DNA of 64,000 nt from an uncultured Actinomycetes bacterium (lineage in GTDB: Bacteria; Actinomycetota; UBA4738; HRBIN12), in NCBI GenBank assembly GCA_963850315.1, contig CAWKKN010000006.1, positions 264,644-328,643 on the forward strand. The letters are read 5' to 3'. How positions within the stretch are numbered: position 1 is the stretch's first letter; each line of letters begins with the position of its first letter. Positions 58,337 to 64,000 of the stretch are shown one piece after another. The translations under genes and the position numbers were made by a program. The notes below the pieces were generated by a model that was not told where the DNA came from, did no database searches, and was given only the letters and a program-made list of their open reading frames with translations.

Positions 58337-59985
58337 ATGGACGATGCCTCGGGCACCGGCACGAGCGCCTCGAGCGGCGCCGGTGAGCGCACCGACACCG
58401 AGAAGCTCCACGAGCTCGGGTACGCGCAGGAGCTCAAACGAGGGATGGGGGCCTTCTCCAACTTCGCGGTCTCGTTCACGATCATCTCGATCCTGTCCGG
58501 GTGCCTCACGTTGTTCGGCTACGGCATGCAAGTGGGAGGGCCGGCGTCGTCCGCCTACGGCTGGCCGCTCGTCGGGATCCTGGTGACGTTCGTCGCGCTC
58601 GCGATGGCCGAGATCTGCTCGAGCTATCCGACCGCCGGCGGTCTCTACTACTGGTCCGCGAAGATCGCGCCCAAGAACGGACCGGCGTGGGCCTGGTTCA
58701 CCGGCTGGTTCAACCTGCTCGGCCAGGTCGCGGTCACCGCAGGGATCGACTTCGGGTTCGCGGCGTTCTTCTGCGCGCTCCTGCACTTCGCGTTCAAGGT
58801 CGACGTCACGAAGATCGAGTTGGTGCTCGCGTACACCGGCGTCCTGGCGGTCCATGGGCTGATGAACACCTTCGGCATCAAGCTCGTCGCCCTGCTGAAC
58901 GACGTCAGCGTGTGGTGGCACATCGGCGGCGTACTCATCATCTTCGTGCTCCTGTTCTTCGTGCCGGACCACCACACGAGCTTCGCCACGATCTTCAGCT
59001 TCAGCGAGACGCCGAAGAATGCCCTCGCCGTCCCCGGGTTCATCAACCTGACCGGGTTCTCGAGCGGCTTCTTCTCGTCGATGCTCTACATCTTCCTCAT
59101 CGGGATGTTGCTGGCGCAGTACACGCTCACCGGGTACGACGCGTCGGCGCACATGACCGAGGAGACGCACCAGGCCGACATCTCGGGCCCCAAGGGCGTC
59201 TACAGGTCGGTCATCTACTCGGTGATCTTCGGCTACATCCTGCTGCTCGGCGTCTGGTACGCGGTGCAGGGACAGGTCGGGGTTACGCCAACGCCCTGGC
59301 CTTCCAGCCCGCGACCGGCACCATCGCGGCGCCCGCGCAGATCTTCTTCGACGCGGTGGGCAAGAGCTGGACGATCTTCATGCTGCTGATCGTTGTCGGC
59401 GCGCAGTTCTTCTGCGGGATGGCGTCGGTGACGGCGAACTCCCGGATGATCTACGCGTTCTCCCGCGACGGCGCCGTCCCCGGCCACAGTCACTGGCACA
59501 AGATCAACAAGCGCACCCGCACGCCCACCAACAGCATCTGGCTCGCCGTGGTCCTCGCGTGGCTGCTGGTGGCGCCCGCGTACTGGCTGGGAAGCCTCGT
59601 CGCGTACTTCGCCGTGACCTCGATCGCGGTGATCGGCCTCTACATCGCGTACGTGATCCCGACGTTCCTGCGGCTTCGCGCGGGCGACTCCTTCAAGCCG
59701 GGTCCGTGGAACCTCGGGAAGTGGAGCAAGCTGGTCGGCACGATCGCCGTCGTCTGGGTGGTGTTCATCTGCATCATGCTGATGATGCCCCAGTTCGCCC
59801 CGGGGCGTTCGGGGTGCAGGTGATCGACGAACTGAACTTCGCGCCGATCGCCGTCGCTCGTCGTGATCGGGTTCGCGGGCATCTACTGGCTCGTGTCGGC
59901 CCGCAAGTGGTTCAAGGGCCCGAAGGTGCAGGGATCCGCCGGAGGAGCTGAGAGCGATCGAACGGGAGCTGGAGTGCAGGCGTGA
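58337..59985 (+). pseudogene. APC superfamily permease, amino acid/choline transporter-like (frameshifted in the 3' third)
   Basis: ORF 58337..59389 (LGYAQELKRGMGAFSNFAVSFTIISILSG...). It continues in ORF 58501..59823 (FFCGMASVTANSRMIYAFSRDGAVPG...) and two further frames (ELNFAPIAV; IYWLVSARKWFKGPKVQGS). The 3' end is approximate. Confidence 0.8.
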
Positions 59986-60063
59986 AGCCGGCCTGAGGGA
60001 GGATCGGACCCGGGCGCGGCGGGCCAGTTCGGCCGCCGCGCCCCTTTCGTTCGAGGAGGCACC

Positions 60064-61448
60064 ATGGAGCGCAAGGACTCATCGACGCGGCCACCCTCGA
60101 GGAGCTCGCGAAGGCCGGCGAGATCGACACCGTCCTGTGCATGTTCACCGACCTCCAGGGCCGGTTCATGGGCAAGCGCGTCCTGCCCGACTTCTTCCTG
60201 GAGGAGATCCTCGGCGAGGAGGGCCTCCACGCGTGCCTCTACCTGCTGGCGATCGACATGGAGATGGAGCCGCTTCCCGGCTACGAGTACGCGAGCTGGG
60301 AGACGGGCTACGGCGACTTCCGGATGGTGCCCGACATGCCCACGCTCCGGTGGTGCCCCTGGCTCGAGAAGACGGCGATGGTGATCTGCGACATCGCCGA
60401 CGAGGAGACCGGCGAGCCCGTGTCGGTCTCCCCCCGGCAGATCCTCAAGGCGCAGATCGCGCGTGCCGCGGAGATGGGCTACATGGTCAAGACCGGTTCG
60501 GAGCTCGAGTTCTACCTGTTCAAGGACTCCTACGACGAGCTGGCCGAGCGCGGATACCGGGACCCGCAGCCGTCGTCGAGCTACATCATGGATTACCACA
60601 TGCTCCAGACCACCAAGGACGAGTGGATCATCCGCAAGATCCGCAACGGCATGCGCGGCGCGGGCATCCCGATCGAGTTCTCCAAGGGCGAGTTCGGCAA
60701 GGGCCAGCACGAGATCAACATCACGTACAGCGACGCGCTGTCGAACGCCGACCACCACTCGCTCTACAAGCACGGCGTGAAGGAGATCGCGGCCCTGAAC
60801 GGCGTCGCCGCCACCTTCATGGCGAAATGGACGATGGCCGAGGCGGGCTCGTCGTGCCACCTGCACTCGAGCGTGTGGAACGCCGACGGCACGAAGTCGC
60901 TGATGTGGAGCGAGAAGGGCGAGCACCACATGAGCGACGACGTTCCGCTGGTACCTGGGCGGCCTGATGTCGACCGCGCGCGAGATGGCGTGGATGTACG
61001 CGCCGTTCGTGAACTCGTACAAGCGCTACCAGCTCGGCTCGTGGGCCCCGACGGCGATCGTGTGGAGCCGCGACAACCGCACGTGCGGGTTCCGCATCGT
61101 CGGCGAGCACAAGGGCTACCGGGTCGAATGCCGGATCCCCGGCGCCGACGCGAACCCCTATCTCGCGTTCGCGGCCACGATCGCGAGCGGCCTGTGGGGC
61201 ATCCAGAACAAGCTCGAGCCGCCGGAGATGTTCGTGGGCAACGCCTATGAGGCGAAGGACGTGCCGCGTGTCCCCTCCTCGCTGCACGAGGCGATCGAGG
61301 TGTTCCGCAAGAGCAAGGTGGCGCGCGAGGTCCTTCGGCGACTTCGTGTTCGAGCACCTGTTGAACACCGCCGGTGCAGGAGCAGATCATCTTCGACAAC
61401 CACTGCGTCACCGACTGGGAGCTGCACCGCTACTTCGAGCGCGGTTGA
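60064..61448 (+). pseudogene. glutamine synthetase family protein, gamma-glutamyl-amine ligase type (frameshifted)
   Basis: ATG 60064. ORF 60141..61250 (MFTDLQGRFMGKRV...GSELEFYLF...KGEFGKGQHEINITY...SSCHLHSSVW). ORF 60967..61731 head (YAPFVNSYKRYQLGSWAP...NRTCGFRIV...ECRIPGADANPYLAFAA). Stop TGA 61446-61448. Confidence 0.8.
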
Positions 61449-61449
61449 G

Positions 61450-62376
61450 GTGACCGGCGTACGCGACATCCCCGCCGAGGTCATCGAGCTCGCCCGGTCG
61501 GTGCAGGGATGGGCCGGGGCCGACCTCGACATCTCGCCGCTCGAGGGCGGCATCACGAACCGCAACTTCCGCATCGAAGTTGACGGCGACGTGTTCGTGC
61601 TTCGCGTTCCCGGGGCGGAGACGTCGCTCCTGGGGATCGACCGCGAGGCCGAGCACGAAGCGGCTCGCCGAGCGGATGCGGCCGGCGCCGGTCCCCCGTC
61701 TTCGCGTTCCTCCAGGACCAGGGGTGCTTGATCACGCGGTTCGTGTCCGGCGCGCACATCCCGATGGCCGACCTCGAACGCGAGCCGGTCCTTGCGTCGG
61801 TCGTGGGGTCGATCCGCGCGATCCACGCCTGCGCGCCGATCGGTGCCACCTTCCCGGTGTTCCGGATCGTCGAGGCCTATCGCAGGATCGCTTCTGACCG
61901 CGGAGTGGCCATCGCCGCCGCCTACGACGAAGCTCACGCGCTGGCCGACCGGATCGAGGCCGCGTTCGCGCACTATCCCGTGCCGCTCGCCCTCTGCCAC
62001 GACGATCTCCTCAACGCGAACTTCCTGCTGGACGGCGACCACGCCTGGATCGTGGACTACGAGTACGCCGGGATGGGCGACCCGTTCTTCGACCTCGGTA
62101 ACCTCTCCGTCAACAACGGGCTGTCGCCAGGATGCGCAGGAGATGCTGCTGCGCCTGTACTTCGGGTCGGTCCGCGACGTGCATCGCGCCCGCCTGGCCC
62201 TGATGCGGATCATGTCCGACTTCCGTGAGGCGATGTGGGGCGTGGTACAGCAGGCCATCTCGACGCTGGACGTCGACTTCGTCGAGTATGCGGAGCGCCA
62301 TTTCAACCGGTTGCTGGCGACCGCGTCCGACGACCGGTTCGACGACTGGTGCTCGAACGCGGAGGCGCACGTCTAG
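61450..62376 (+). pseudogene. choline/ethanolamine kinase family phosphotransferase, paralog 2 (frameshifted)
   Basis: GTG 61450, 1 nt after the GS-like stop. LEGGITNRNFRIEVDGDVFVLRVPG, LCHDDLLNANFLL, IVDYEYAGMGDPFFDLGN. These are spread over ORFs 60967..61731, 61728..62228 and 61792..62376. Confidence 0.75.
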
Positions 62377-62396
62377 CCCGCCGTATCATCGACCGC

Positions 62397-63120
62397 ATGA
62401 AGCCGCTCCTGCTGGTCAAGAACGACCCGGTGGAGACGCTGGGAGTAGCGGTGCGCGCTCTGACCGATGCCGGCGCGAAGGTGCATATCCTGGATGCCAC
62501 CGAGCCGGATGCACCCCGGCCATCGATCGAGGATCTGGCTGGAGTGGTGATGTTCGGCGGGACCATGAACGTCGACGAGTTGGACGAACACCCCTTCTTG
62601 AAGGAGAACCGGGACCTCACACGAGAGGCGATCGACCGAGGGGTCCCGTACCTCGGGATCTGCTTGGGCGCCCAGCTGCTGGCACGCGCGCTGGACACGC
62701 CGGTGCGACGTGCCGAGGTCAAGGAGGTGGGGTTCGAACCTATCCGCCCGTTGCCGGCGGCCGACAGTGATCCGCTCCTTCCGGTCTGGTCCGACGGCGA
62801 CATGGTCTTCCAGTGGCACCAGGACACGATGGATCTGCCCGCGGGCGCCGAAGCGCTTGCTTCGGGCGACCGCATCCCGGTGCAGGCGTATCGGGTGGGG
62901 GCGCTCGCATGGGCCACGCAGTTCCACTTCGAGATCGACGCCGCCGAGCTGGAGCTGTGGGTGGACGAGGCGTCGCAGTGTCATGGACCTCGAGGAGGTC
63001 TGGGGCAAGTCCCCCGCTCGCATGCGCGAGGAGGGCGGCAGCTACATGGCGTTGCACGAGGCGAAGGGATCGGAGATGTTCGCGCGGTTCGCGCGCATCG
63101 CCGCGGAGCGCACGGGATGA
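62397..63120 (+). pseudogene. class I glutamine amidotransferase-like protein (one frameshift near 62985)
   Basis: Own translation from ATG 62397: MKPLLLVKNDP...VVMFGGTMNV...YLGICLGAQLLA...WATQFHFE. The tail (MDLEEVWGKSPARMREE...ARIAAERTG) is in ORF 62710..63120. The 5' frame is absent from the ORF track because it stays open to the window edge. Confidence 0.75.
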
Positions 63121-63899
63121 GCTACCGGCCACTCGTGGCCGTCGTCGCCTATCACCTGGCGAACGACCGCGTCGGCGCGGTGGCCCGACGGCGGCTACGG
63201 CGTGCCCGGCGCCCTACCTGGACGGCCTGCGCCGCGCCGGCGCCCGAACCGCGATCCTCTCGCCCGGAGAGGTGGGCGAGCCCCCGAGAGCTCCTGGCCC
63301 CCTTCGACGGCCTGCTGCTGGTCGGCGGCGGCGACCTCGATCCCGCCCGTTACGGCGAGCGGCCCGACGCCGCGCACAACTACGGCGTGGAGCCCGACCG
63401 CGACGCCTTCGAGATCGCGCTGCTGCACGCGGCGGATCGCCTGCACATACCCACGCTGTGCATCTGCCGAGGGATGCAGGTGATGAACGTGGCGTTCGGG
63501 GGCACGCTTCACCAGCATCTTCCCGAGATGCCCGGACTGCTCGAACACGGGGTGCCGCTCGACGACACGCAGACGATGCACGAGGTCGCCCCGATCCCAG
63601 GCACGCTGCTGTCCGCCGTCACGAAGTCGGGGCCACTCGTGTGCTCGTCGCATCACCACCAAGGGGTGGATGCCGTGGGTGACGGACTTGTGGTGGCCGG
63701 GTACAGCCCCGACGGACTCGTCGAGGCGATCCAACGTCCCGTCCCCGACCCCGATCTCATCACCGTGGCCTCGAGCTGGATGCTCGGCGTCCAGTGGCAT
63801 CCGGAGGAGACGGCCGCCGACGATCCCGCCCAGCAGGCACTGTTCGAGGCATTGAGCGGCCTCGCCGGGTTCCGCGGCTCTCGGGCGCGCCCGGGTGAG
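63117..63899 (+). pseudogene. gamma-glutamyl-GABA hydrolase family protein, peptidase C26, PuuD-like (compensating frameshift pair; 3' end undefined)
   Basis: ATG 63117 overlaps the upstream stop (ATGA). MSYRPLVAVVAYHL, LLLVGGGDLDP, CICRGMQVMNVAFGGTLHQHL and GVQWHPE are in frame 0. YLDGLRRAGARTAILSPGE (about 63185-63290) is only in the ORF 62813..63682 frame. Confidence 0.75.
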
Positions 63900-64000
63900 G
63901 CCGAAGGTCGGAGCCGCGCCTACGCCCTCGCCGAGCACGATCCCGCGTGGGCGGAGCGCTTCGATCAGGAGGCTCGACGGATCCGCGGCGCGCTCCCCGA
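63900..64000 (+). CDS. GrpB-family-like N-terminus (partial, runs off the right edge)
   Basis: YALAEHDPAWAERFDQEARRIRGALP resembles GrpB N-termini. It is in the same frame as the PuuD-like gene, with no intervening stop and no obvious start codon. Confidence 0.3.

Noticed and set aside
49924-64000. Bacterial microcompartment (eut/RMM-type) amino-alcohol locus
   Set aside because: Kinase, ALDH, SDR and permease genes are reminiscent of such loci. However, no BMC-H/BMC-P shell protein, phospholyase/aminotransferase or ethanolamine ammonia-lyase genes are present in the window.

Overview
Very GC-rich DNA (by eye roughly 70%, not computed). The gene content looks like an Actinomycetota chromosome: WS/DGAT, an ECF42-type sigma factor with a YCII partner, an MsiK-type ATPase, and EtfBA with a membrane Fe-S oxidoreductase. 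I support about 60 tightly packed protein genes; the largest non-coding gap is about 330 bp. I found no rRNA, tRNA, CRISPR array, transposase, integrase or prophage signature.

Layout:
(1) 1-13.5 kb: aminosugar/chito-oligosaccharide locus. It holds a Gfo oxidoreductase, a CUT1 ABC transporter, a ROK regulator, two GH4 hydrolases, a DegT aminotransferase, a SIS protein, a NodB deacetylase, a BadF-type kinase and an MsiK-like ATPase. An AT-rich 17-bp palindrome occurs at both control regions.
(2) 13.5-20.2 kb: soluble PAS histidine kinase, M20 peptidase, PlsC, a sigma-70 group 1/2 factor, an alpha/beta hydrolase and WS/DGAT.
(3) 20.3-28.9 kb: a beta-helix/PLDc_N protein, asparaginase, AlaX, and an operon encoding a 1137-aa membrane fusion protein, a hydrolase and an EamA transporter.
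(4) 29.0-33.4 kb: znuA-znuC-znuB-zur, mutY and a CBS protein.
(5) 33.4-41.1 kb: YCII with an ECF42-type sigma, an MBOAT/SGNH pair, TrpB2, a Rieske protein, a CDP-alcohol phosphatidyltransferase and greA.
(6) 41.1-46.0 kb: etfB-etfA, an Fe-S oxidoreductase and a convergent acyl-CoA dehydrogenase.
(7) 46.0-64.0 kb: an amine/amino-alcohol catabolic supercluster. It holds tandem secreted S33 hydrolases, ALDH, two APC permeases, a DMGDH-like FAD/GcvT enzyme, two choline/ethanolamine-kinase paralogs, an SDR, a GS-like ligase, a GATase, a PuuD-like hydrolase and two copies of an unrecognised small protein.

Main caveat: reading frames are broken by frameshifts in discrete blocks (1-18.5 kb, 41.1-46.0 kb, about 50.45-50.71 kb, 59.3-63.3 kb), while the intervening blocks are clean. 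I label broken genes as pseudogene, but assembly indel error is the more likely cause.

The most novel-looking content is the hybrid amine cluster with its duplicated unknown protein, and the GT-C-like/MFS fusion operon. Gene boundaries are derived from the ORF track by residue offsets. All homology calls come from motif recognition by eye, not from searches.
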